A DNA stretch of 64,000 nucleotides, taken from NCBI RefSeq assembly GCF_009914755.1, contig NC_060948.1; one strand, 5' to 3'. The DNA comes from the human T2T-CHM13v2.0 reference genome, Homo sapiens. Every line of letters starts with the position of its first letter. The first letter of the stretch is position 1. The position numbers and the translations under genes are program-made. Below are positions 34,125 to 46,534 of this stretch, in pieces. A model generated the notes under the pieces. The model saw only the letters and a list, made by a program, of their open reading frames with translations, was not told the DNA's origin and did not search any database.

Positions 34125-34540
34125 ATGATTGGAAATAATTTAATAGCCTTAGGAAAAATTGCTGATAAAGCTGAGATCTACATTACAGTTTACAAAAAAA
34201 GTTATGGTTCACTGCCTGAGATAGCAGTAGACAATGACATTGCTTTATATTATGTGTTAGCTAAGCACAGAGGTGTATGTATGGTGACAAAAACTTCTTG
34301 TGTATACGTTAATACTTCTCATTATGTAAAAATTTATCCAGGAAAAATGAGAGAAGAAGCCACTTAGCTACCACAATTCTCTGAATATAAACCTGTCTTT
34401 AATCATGTTTGTAATGTTCTTAATTACCTTCTTAATGGATTAGGTTTTGGGTCTTATTGTTGTTCTGGTATAGAAATTACTTCTTCATAGTCTGAATGTG
34501 CATTGCATTTCTACTATTAATATTATTGATAATATGTATC
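34125..34540 (+). pseudogene. ERV env TM remnant
   Basis: VDNDIALYYVLAKHRGVCMVTKTSCVYVNTS resembles the immunosuppressive domain plus CX6CC region; a hydrophobic stretch follows. Confidence 0.75.
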
Positions 34541-34848
34541 TCTCATTGTTATACTTCTTCTGAAAGAAGTAAAATTATACTATTCCAAAGATGAGATAAT
34601 AAAACAAGCAATAGAAACTATGTAAATAAATGACTTGACTGAAGTCTTATTTTTGCCACACTGTTATGACATCCCTATTTAGGTATTCAGGCACTCTTAA
34701 AATTTGTTGCTGAGACATCTCTTTCTTCCCATCTGACATGAGATAAACTTGTCAGAGAATGAGCCTTTTTGGACAGGAGAGATGCCTTGACACTTAGACT
34801 TAATTAATTATTTTTTCAAAAGTAAATTTTTGATCAAAAAAGGGGACA

Positions 34849-35321
34849 CAAGAAAAAATAAACTGTGTTATTTGAAGAGTGCAAAACTTTTCTAAATTAC
34901 AGGTTCAGAGAGGGAAAAGAATAATAAAACTGTGATGTACCATTTTCTATGTAGACCAATGGGTTGAGTAACTATTTTTTGAACTGGCTTGCTATGTTGG
35001 CTCTAGACTGACACAGCTATAATTAATCTAATAAATACACTTGCTGGCTACCATAAGTTATTACCGTAGAGTATAGCAATGTATAGCCAATCACTAATCA
35101 ATGTTATTTCTGTGTAGTAATGAGAAGTCATGACACAAAACTTCTACTGGTTTAACCCTGTTTTTGTTTTTGCCTTTGAAAGCCTGCTTATAACAAAATT
35201 CAAACAGAGCTTACATCCAAGGATACATACGTCTGAAACCTACAGGTACCTACCTTCACCTTATCTAGAGTAAACTCTGTAATATTTCATTTTGTGTCTC
35301 AGTTTTTTTCTTAGATAAACA
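34849..35321 (+). mobile_element. MER4-group LTR (MER65-like), in 3' LTR position
   Basis: Follows the polypurine tract; contains aatgtatagccaatcactaatcaatgttatttctgt; ends ...gataaaca. Confidence 0.75.
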
Positions 35322-36192
35322 AATTTGTAAAAAAAAGACAAAAACAATGTCAGTAATAATATTGTAAACAAAAAATTAAAAAAACACAAAAATTTAAACA
35401 ACTCAAGTTCCAAAAAAGTAAAATTGGTGAGTAAATTGTATGACTCTCGGCCTCAAACCTCAGTATGTGTACAACAAACTGAGGCAAACAAACAATAAAA
35501 TACAATTTCAGTGTAATAGTAATAAAGTATTTAAGACAATATAAGTTAATCAAAACTCAAATAGGAAAACCAAGCAAAACTCTTCTTCATGATAGTTAAG
35601 TTGCAAAAAATAATAAAAGTAATTAGGACTGTGGTCAACCCTGGGTACGAAAAGTAGATGAGATCAAAGAAACACTGTAACTGCTCAAGCCCTATTTATT
35701 TACCTGCTGAGTACATGGAAAGTTATATTCTTGTTATTTAAACTAAGAACAAGTTGATTTATGTTGAAATTATCTTTGTTTCCTCAAATTATATTACAAA
35801 TTTACTCTTACTTTCAACCTAGAAAAAATAATTTTACAAAGTTATGAAATCAAATTATTGAATTGTTGAAATAAGCTGTACTTACATAGCAGTAAGATTT
35901 TATAGAGTAAAGAAAATGAAAGCAACTACGGGAAGTAGCTTATTTTATTGGAAGTTCGTAAGAATCCACATACTCAGCAGGTTAAACAGATTCCTAAGCT
36001 TGGTGGAGAAGTTGCTCAGTGTAATTTGCTCCTAAACAGTAAGTAAAAAACCCTGAGAAGCTGACAAATGTAATTCTGAGAGTCCCACACATTTCACTGT
36101 CTATTTCTGACATGATGAAAACACTTTCTTTGTCAGGGTCTTACTTCTCACTAGTGTCCAAATTCACTTGGAATCAGTTTAAGGTTATCACC

Positions 36193-36985
36193 TGTGATGT
36201 CTTTTATTTTTCTTTTCCTAAAAATATGTCTGACACAAAATGTCTGAAGTTAGCTGTACATCAACTAATTCTTTAACACCAATTGACTGTCCAACAATTC
36301 AATTATGTTACATTCTAGATTAGCACAGAAACACAAGTTCAGGACTCAGTCCTACAAACTGCCCCTAGAATAGTTGCCAGTCACAGGCTCTGGGAGCCCA
36401 TCATAATTCTGAGCAATTTTCTGTGAATTACAGGATCCCATAACCCATCAAGTCTAATAATTTGATAGAATTACTGACAGTAATAAAATAAATATTTGAT
36501 TTATGTTCACCAGCTTATAACAAGTAATTCAACTCAGAAACAGCCAGGTAACAGACATGTATAAGACAAGAAAAAGTGGTGGAATAAGATGGAAAAATTT
36601 GATAAATACTGGTTAAATAGCTCTGGTTTTTAAAATCTCTTAATTCTCAGTGTTCTGAAAGAGCAACTTACTGCAAAGAAACACCCTTCCATTATAACTT
36701 AAATAATAATCTCTTATTCATCTCTCACAACACTAGACAAAGAAACTGCAAATTCTCATTTATTTATTATAAACCATTAGCTTTTGTTTTCCATAGTCAG
36801 ATCAAAACACTTGTTAACCAAATTTTACTTAAATTTATCTATTTTCTTCAGGCCCATGTACTCCGATCCATGCTCACAAAAACCAGCATTCAACCCTCTC
36901 ATTCAACCTTTTAAGAGCAGGCTGACTTCTGGATGAAACAATCTCTAATCTTAAATGTGATCTTGACACCCTCCATTCTTGTTTG
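36193..36985. mobile_element. MER21/MER39-like LTR remnant
   Basis: tctgacac...tgtccaacaattcaatt...ggactcagtcctacaaactgcccc...aatttgatagaa resembles the recalled MER21-type motif series. Confidence 0.5.
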
Positions 36986-36989
36986 CTTC

Positions 36990-39625
36990 CCATCCCAGAC
37001 TCTGATAAACATGCTTTTATTCTCTATGCCCATCCATTTAATTGTATTGATTTCAAGTTTAATTGCTCTCAAAAAGTATTTACAAAAAATATTTGTTTCT
37101 CTGTGCCTGGTTTATTTTCCTTAACATAATAATCTTCAGTTTTGTTCATGTTGTTGCAAATGACTGAGTCTTATTGTTTTTTATGGCTGACTCTATTGTT
37201 TACATGTACCACATTTTCTTTGTCAGTTCATCTGCTGATGACCACAGGTTGCTCTCAAATTTTAGCTATTATTGCATATCATGCTGCAATAAACACAGAA
37301 GTGCAGACCTCTATTTTATATACTTTTTTTTCTTTTGGATATATACTTAGAAGTGGGATTTCTGGGTCATATGATAGCTTATTTTTAGTTTTAGGAGCAA
37401 TCTTCAAACAGTTCTCCATAGTGGTTGTACAAATTTACATTTTCTCCAACAGTGTACAAAGGTTTCCTTTTCTCCACATCGTAGGCAGCAATTGTTATTG
37501 TTTGTCTTTTGGATGTTTTTAACTGGGGTTAGATAATACCTAATTGTAGTTTTGATTTGCATTCCTCTAACAGTCAATGATGTTGAGCACTTTTTTTATG
37601 CCATTAGCCATTTGCATATCTTTTTGAAAAAGGTATATTCAATTTTTTCTCATTTAATTTTCTGTGGGTTGTTCGAACTTATTATGTATTCTGGTTACTA
37701 ATGTTTTGTGAGGTATACACTTTTTAAATGTCTTTAAAGAGATTAAAAATAAAATGGATAGATTTCAAAGAGATTAAAAATAAAATGAAGAGATTCTTTG
37801 AGAATCTCTTCATTTTATTTATTGTATGGTTTTGTTTGCCAGAGCCTTTTAACTTGATGGTATTCTATGTGTTTATTTTTGGTTTAGTTTGCTGTGCTTG
37901 TGGGATATTCTTCAAAAAAATCTTTGCCCCGGTAAATATTGTACAGCTTTTTTCCAATGCTTTATTATAGTAGTCTTATAGATTTTTATCTTAGATTTAA
38001 TTTTTAACTAATTTTGATTTCTTTTTTGTATGTGGTGAGAGAAGGGATTTAGTTTTATTCTTCTGCATATGGATATCTGGTCATTTGAGCATCATTAATT
38101 GAACAGACTGTCTTTTCTCCAGTGTATGTTTTTGGCATTGTTGTCAAAATGAGCTTACTGTAGGTATGTTGGTTTGTTTCTAGGTTCTCTATTATTTTTC
38201 ATTGGTCTATGTGTCTGTTTTTATTTTAGTACCATGCATTTTGTGTTACTGTAGATCTGTAGTGTAGTTAAAAGTAAAGTAATGTAATTTTTTTGGTTTG
38301 TTCTCTTTGCTTAGGGCAGCTGTAGCAATTCTAGATTATTGGTAGCTACATGTTAATTGTAGGATTGTTTTTTCTACTTATGTAAAGATGTCATTGATAT
38401 TTTGATAGAGCTTGCATTAAGTCTGTAGATTTGGTGATATAGACATATTAACAATATTAATTCCTTCAATCCATGATTAGGGAATATTTTCCAATTTTTT
38501 CTGTCCCCTTAAACTTTCTTTGTTATTGTTTTATAGTTTTTATTATAGAGCTCTTTCATTTTTTATCAGTTAATTTCTAAGTATTTATTTCTATATGTGG
38601 CTATTTTGAATATAATTAGTTTTTTAATTTCTTCTCAACACTGTTTACTGTTGGCATATACAAATGCTACTAATTTTTTTCTGTTGATTTTGTACATCAA
38701 CTTAGTGAATTAATTAATATTTTCATATTTTTCTCACAAAATATTTACAATGTTTCCAAAGTCAAAATTATACGATCTAAAAACAAAGACAATTTTACTT
38801 TTCTCATTCTGATTTGAATGCTCTTGATATTATTCTTTGGTATGAATGATCTATCCAGGACTTCTACTTCTATGTTGAATGACAAATTATGTCAGTGGAC
38901 ATCCTTGCCATATTCCTGATCTTAGAAAAAAAAGCCTTCAGTTTTTTTCATTCAGTATGGTACTAGTTGTTGGTCTGTCATATACAGTTTTTATTATGTT
39001 GATATATGTTCTTTTCATTGCAGTAGGATAATTTAGGAATCTGAGAGACCGAGGGGTTGAGGAGGATACTTATTATTTATTAGTTAGGTGCACTGGCCCA
39101 GTCAGATTAACATCTAAAGGACTGAGCCCCCAAAAAAGAGTCAAGCTACTTTTTAAGCATTTCATGGGGTTGGGGAAGATCTGCGTAGGGGAAAGCATAT
39201 TACAGAAGAGAGAAACAAAGACAGTTATTCAATTGAGATATGCATTACATCAGTTCTTACTTTTCAAGGAACAACATGTTTTACGACTTGAGATTATCTG
39301 CCTAGTGACTTTGCAGCTGCACAGCTAGAGAAACAGGGTCTTCACAATACCTGGGAAAGGGAGAGATAAGGCTCACTAGCCACAGAAAAACAGGCAGTTA
39401 ATTTTTAAAGGACTTCAGCTCTTCCTCTTCCTCAGGGGGAATTGGGTTTTCTTACATACAACTGAGATTTTGCTTACACATTCTTTAATTTTTTTTAATT
39501 CCTGTTTCATTATTAAGAGATTTTTGAAGATTTTTGGCATAAATAAATGTTGAATTTTATCAAATGTTATATTCACATATGTTTACATGATTTGTACAGT
39601 TCCTATTCTTTATTCTGTTGATATT
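36990..39625 (-). mobile_element. Old LINE-1 3' portion (L1MA-like), split by LTR15
   Basis: tgtgcctggtttattttccttaacataat...catgttgttgcaaatgac; antisense ORF2 text resumes after 39510. Confidence 0.88.
39019..39509 (-). mobile_element. LTR15 (HERV15) solo LTR
   Basis: Reverse complement starts tgaaacaggaattaaaa..aattaaagaatgtgtaagcaaaatctcagttgtatgtaag; TSD tcat/ttat. Confidence 0.85.
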
Positions 39626-39909
39626 TGATAAAGACAGCTTCCAGAGAAACTTTTGGCAGAAAATGTGGGCCTCTGGCAAAGCCCCACCCTCAAGTTTCAA
39701 AGCTTAAGACCACAGCTCCAAGTGAGAAATTATGTCCTCTTTTGTTTTGTTTTGTTTTTCCTCAAATTTTACCTTTTTCTAAACCATCCATTGCCCTTCC
39801 CCTCTCAATTCTGGTTCTATGGAGGCTGTGGCTTAATATTAGAGATGAGCAGATAGACTTCAGAGGGACTCCTCTCAAAAAACAAACAAACAACAACAAC
39901 AACAACAAA

Positions 39910-40520
39910 ACAACAGAAACCCTCAGTAAGATTTTCCTTTTAATGAAAGTAGCACACAAACTATTATTTTTCTAAGAAACAGCAGCCTGTAAAATTAAGC
40001 TGCAGACACAAATAAGCAAGTTGGAAGCTTGCAGAAGTGAATGCCAGCAGCTGTGTCAAAAGAAAAAGGTTACTTGGGGTCCAGACATTTTTAACATGGT
40101 GACTCCATATTCAATTTTTTTTTTTTTTCATTTTTGTCAACCATGTGTACAGTAAGAAACAGACCACAGGGTGCAGGCCAGGTAGAAACCCCATCTGAGT
40201 AATAAAACATTAGGGTGAGATGGCCAGTTACTTTGCATGCTATGCAAATATCACACCTGGTTTGACAAATCTACTGGTTCCTATATAAATCACACACCAC
40301 CTCTTCAAGCTCATCTATAAAACCCTGTGCATTTCACCATGAAATCAGAAGAGTTGTTCCGGTGACCCTCTCTCTCTCTGAGATGGAGAACTATTCTCTT
40401 TTCTTATTCTTTTGCCGATTAAACCTTCACTCTTAAACTCATGTTTTGTGTATTTGTGTCTTTGACTTCCTTGGCATGAGAAAACAAAACTCAGGTGTTT
40501 ACCCCAGATAATAATGACAC
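39910..40520 (+). mobile_element. ERV1 LTR (MER51-like), truncated; another LTR fragment lies at ~39626-39875
   Basis: gcagcctgtaaaattaagctgcagac...ctataaaaccc (TATA)...attaaacc (polyA signal)...tttaccccagata. Confidence 0.65.
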
Positions 40521-41885
<1,365 letters not shown>

Positions 41886-42343
41886 TTTTTAATTATGCTG
41901 TACCTAAATCTGCCTCCTAACATGTTTAATTTTAGAAAATTGTTTTTGTGCACAGTAAACTATAACTGAACGTGTTGTCCATTGAATAAAATGGTGGGAC
42001 CAGTAATAATCATGTTGGGAGATTTATTTGCCAAAGGACATGTCCAGAAGACAACTCTATGACATTCCCCAAGGACAATTTTGAGTACTCCAAATTTGAA
42101 GGGAAAAATGCAGGATATTGAGAAACACACAGCTTTCACTAAGATGAAAAAGGGCAGAGAAAAATATGAGGAATCTACATTTTACATAAGATGACACAGA
42201 CAAAATGGGGTAGGGAAACAATCAGTTACACATTTGTGTCTGGCGCCCCAGGGTGACTGCACATGTAAAGAAAAGCTATCAATTTGCATTGCCATGGTAA
42301 AGTTTTAAGAGCTCATCAGAAATTTTCTTGTGGGAAAACTATG

Positions 42344-45300
42344 TCATCTGCAAACAGGGACAATTTGACTTCCTCTTTTCCTAATTGAATGCCCTTTATT
42401 TCCTTCTCCTGCCTGATTGCCCTGGCCAGAACTTCCAACTCTATGTTGAATAGAAGTGGGAAGAGATGGCATCCCTGTCTTGTGCCAGTTTTCAAAGGGA
42501 ATGCTTCCAGTTTTGTCCATTCGGTATGATATTGGCTGTGGGTTTGTCATAGATAGCTCTTATTATTTTGAGATACCTCCCATGAATACATAATTTATTG
42601 AGAGTTTTTAGCATGAAGCGTTGTTGAATTTTGTCAAAGGACTTTTCTGCATCTACTGAGATAATCCTGTGGTTTTTGTCTTTGGTTCTGTTTATATACT
42701 GGATTACGTTTATTGATTTCCGTATGTTGAACCAGCCTTGAATCCCAGGGATGAAGCCCACTTGATCATGGTGGATAAGCTTTTTGATGTATTGCTGGAT
42801 TCAGTTTGCTAGTATTTTACTGAGGATTTTTGCATCAATGTTCATCAAGGATATTGGTCTAAAATTCTCTTTTTTTGTTGTGTCTCTGCCTGGCTTTGGT
42901 ATCAGAATGATGCTGGCCTCATAAAATGAGTTAGGGAGGTTTCCCTCTTTTCTATTGATTGGAATAGTTTCAGAAGGAATGGTACCAGCTGCTCCTTTTA
43001 CCTCTGGTAGAATTCGGCTGTGAATCCATCTTGTCCTGGACTTTTTTTTGGTTGGTAAGCTATCAATTATTGCCTCAATTTCAGAAGGTGTTATTGGTCT
43101 ATTCAGAGATTCAACTTCTCCCTGGTTTAGTCTTGGGAGAGTGTATGTGTAGAGGAATTTACCCATTTCTTCTAGATTTTCTACTTTATTTGCATAGAGT
43201 TGTTTATAGTATTCTCTCATGGTAGTTTGTATTTCTGTGGGATCGGTGGTGATATCCTCTTTATCAGTTTTTATTGCATCTATTTGATTCTTCTCTCTTT
43301 TCTTCTTTATTAGTCTTGCTAGCGGTCTATCAATTTTGTTGATATTTTCAAAAAACCAGCTTCTGGATTCATTGATTTTTTGAAGGTTTTTTGGTGCCTC
43401 TGTCTCCTTCAATTCCGCTCTGATCTTAGTTATTTCTTGCCTTCTGCTAGCTTTTGAATGTCTGCCTTTGCTTCTCTAGTTCTTTTAATCGTGATGTTAG
43501 GGTGTCAATTTTAGATCTTTTCTGCTTTCTGTTGTCAGCATTTAGTGCTATAAATTTCCCTCTTCACACTCTCCTTAAGCAGATAAGCAACTTTAGCAAA
43601 GTCTCAGGATAGAAAACCAATGTGCAAAAATCACAAGCATTCTTATATGCCAATAACAGACAAATAGAGAGCTAAATCATGAGTGAACTCCCATTCACAA
43701 TTGCTTCAAATATAATAAAATACCTAGGAATCTGACTTACAAGGGATGTGAAGGACTTCTTCAAGGAGAACTGCAAACCAATACTCAATGAAATAAAAGA
43801 GGATACAAACAAATGGAAGAACTTTCCATTTTCATGGGTAGGGAGAATCAATATCGTGAAAATGGCCATACTGCCCAAGGTAATTTATAGATTCAATGCC
43901 ATCCCCATCAAGCTAACAATGACTTTCTTCACAGAATTGGAAAAACTACTTTAAAGTTCATATGGAACCAAAAAAAAGCCCGCATTGCCAAGTCAATCCT
44001 AAGCCAAAAGAACAAACCTGGAGGCATCAGGCTACCTGACTTCAAATTATACTACAAGGCTACAGTAAACAAAACAGCATCCTACTGGTACCAAAACAGA
44101 TATATAGACCAATGGAACAGAGCAGAGTCCTCAGAAATAAGGCCGCTTATCTACAGCTATCTAACCTTTGACAAACCTGACAAAAACAAGAAATGGGGAA
44201 AGGATTCCCTATTTAATAAATGGCACTGGGAAAACTGGCTAGCCATATGTAGAAAGCTGAAATTGGATCCCTTCCTTACATCTTATACAAAAATTAATTC
44301 ACGATGGATTAAAGACTTACATATTAGACCTAAAACCATAAAAACCCTAGGAGAAAACATAGGCAATACTATTCAGGCCATAGGCATGGGCAAGAACTTC
44401 ATGTCCAAAACATCAAAAGCAATGGCAACAAAAGCCAAAACTGACAAATGGAATCTAATTAAACTAAAGAGCTTCTGCACAGTGAAAGAAACCACCATCA
44501 GAGTGAACAGGCAACCTAAAGAATGGGAGAAAATTTTTGCAATCTACTAATCTGACAAAGGGCTAATATCCAGAATCTACAATGAACTCAAACAAATTTA
44601 CAAGAAAAAACAAACAACCCCATGAAAAAGTGGGTGAAGGATATGAATAGACACTTCTCAAAAGAAGACAGTTATGCACCAAAAAACACATGAAAAATGC
44701 TCATCATCACTGGCCATCAGAGAAATGCAAATCAAAACCACAATGAGATACCATCTCACACCAGTTAGAATGGCAATCATTAAAAAGTCAGGAAACAACA
44801 GGTGCTGGAGAGGATGTGGAGAAATAGGAACACTTTTACACTGTTGATGGGACTGTAAACTAGTTCAACCATTGTGGAAGTCAGTGTGGTGATTCCTCAG
44901 TGATCTAGAACTAGAAATACCATTTGACCCAGCCATCCCATTACTGGGTATATATCCAAAGAATTATAAATCATGCTCCTATAAAGACACATGCACACAT
45001 GTGTTTATTGCGGCACTATTCACAATAGCAAAGACTTGGAACCAACCCAAATGTCCAACAATGATAGACTGGATTAAGAAAATGTGGCACATTTACACCA
45101 TGGAATATTATGCAGCCATAAAAAATGATGAGTTCTTGTCCTTTATAAGGACGTGGATGAAGCTGGAAATTATCATTCTCAGCAAACTATCGCAAGGACA
45201 AAAAACCAAACCCCACATGTTCTTACTCATAGTTGGGAATTGAACAATGAGAACACATGGACACAGGAAGGGAACATCACACACTGGGGACTGTTGTGGG

Positions 45301-45498
45301 GTGGGGAGAGGGGGGAGGGATAGCATTAGGTGATATACCTAATGCTAAATGATGAGTTAATGGGTGCAGCACACCAACGAGGCACATGTATACATATGTA
45401 ACAAACCTGCACGTTGTGCACATGTACCCTAAAATTTAAAGTACAATAATAATAAAATAAATAGATAAATAATAAATAAAAATAAAAAATTGAAAAAA
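42344..45498 (+). mobile_element. 5'-inverted, truncated LINE-1 (L1PA4-like), twin-priming structure
   Basis: 42344-43570 antisense ORF2; 43571-45498 sense ORF2, 3'UTR (aatgctaaatgatgagttaatggg) and poly(A); TSD gaaaactatg at 42334-42343 and 45499-45508. Confidence 0.96.
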
Positions 45499-45964
45499 GA
45501 AAACTATGAAGAAGGTGTGTAGCCTTTCATCGATGTAACCACCTTATTTAGGAACCAAAATGGGGAGACAGATTTGCATGTCCCAGTTTCTAGCTTGACT
45601 TTTTGGTTTGGCTTAATGAATATGGGGCCCCAAAATTAAATTTTCATTCACTTTTTTGTTTGTTTGTTTTTAAAAATCCTTTGGGTAAAAGCATTTTATA
45701 AAGAAATACGTGTTTCTGGCCTCAGGTTGATTTTTTCTCCCTTTTTATTTTCCTGCTGCTTTCTCATTGCAAGGAGGGTTTATTCCTGTAAGTTTAGGGC
45801 CTACATCCCTAGGAATGCTCATTCCTAGGAGGTCATATTTCACTATCCTATGAGGGTTCATTATTAGGAAGTCTTTCACAAGTCACTAGAAAGACTCATT
45901 CCAAGGAAGTCATGTTCTATGAAGATAAAAATGGGGGAAGAAAGTAGAGAAAAAGAGAAAATAT

Positions 45965-46078
45965 TGTGTGTGTGTATATATATGTATGTGTATATTTATA
46001 TACACATATATACACACATATACATGTATATGTATATGTGTGTATGTGTATATTTATAGGTATATATATATATATATG
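45965..46078. repeat. Compound (TG)/(TA)/(CA) microsatellite
   Basis: Read directly from the sequence. Confidence 0.9.
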
Positions 46079-46129
46079 GACTTAGGCAAGATTTACAGCA
46101 ATAAAAGGAAAGAAAAACTGGGAGCTAAA

Positions 46130-46460
46130 TCAGGCTATATTACTATATGCTCAATTAGAGCAATTCTCTGGGCAATTATTACCTTAGCCTTTTCCTTACT
46201 TACAACATGTACCATAAAAATATTGTAAGAAAAACAGGGCAGAAGACAAATTGTTATCACTACTATGCCTACTATAAGCAATAATTTCTGCTACCAATTT
46301 CCACAGGATTCAAACCGACCATACAACCATTAGATTAGTGAGGGTTTTGGCTCTAACAGGGTGGACCTTCACCATTATAAAAACTGGCTGTTATGTGTAT
46401 ATTCCAGGTGAATTGAAGAACATAACCAGACTTATGACTGATGTTGAAATTCAGAAAACA
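46130..46460. pseudogene. ERV env TM remnant, partly inverted
   Basis: Minus 46130-46348 reads QKLLLIVGIVVITICLLPCF (membrane anchor); plus 46349-46460 reads IIKTGCYVYIPGELKNITRLMTD (CX6CC region). Confidence 0.75.
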
Positions 46461-46534
46461 TGGTTTGCATGCTTTCAGTTGGGTTAAAGATTTTCCCTGC
46501 AGGCAAGCAATAGCCATGGCAGTTAAAAAAATTC

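Larger units (their letters stand above)
27830..34848 (+). mobile_element. MER4-group ERV internal sequence, interrupted by THE1 and Alus
   Basis: Leader 27830-29170, A-rich internal 31686-33300, integrase/env debris 33300-34800, polypurine tract aaaaaagggga at 34836-34846. Confidence 0.65.

Noticed and set aside
34125-34367. Possible domesticated env (syncytin-like)
   Set aside because: Only 80 aa, degenerate immunosuppressive and CX6CC motifs, no SU or signal peptide.
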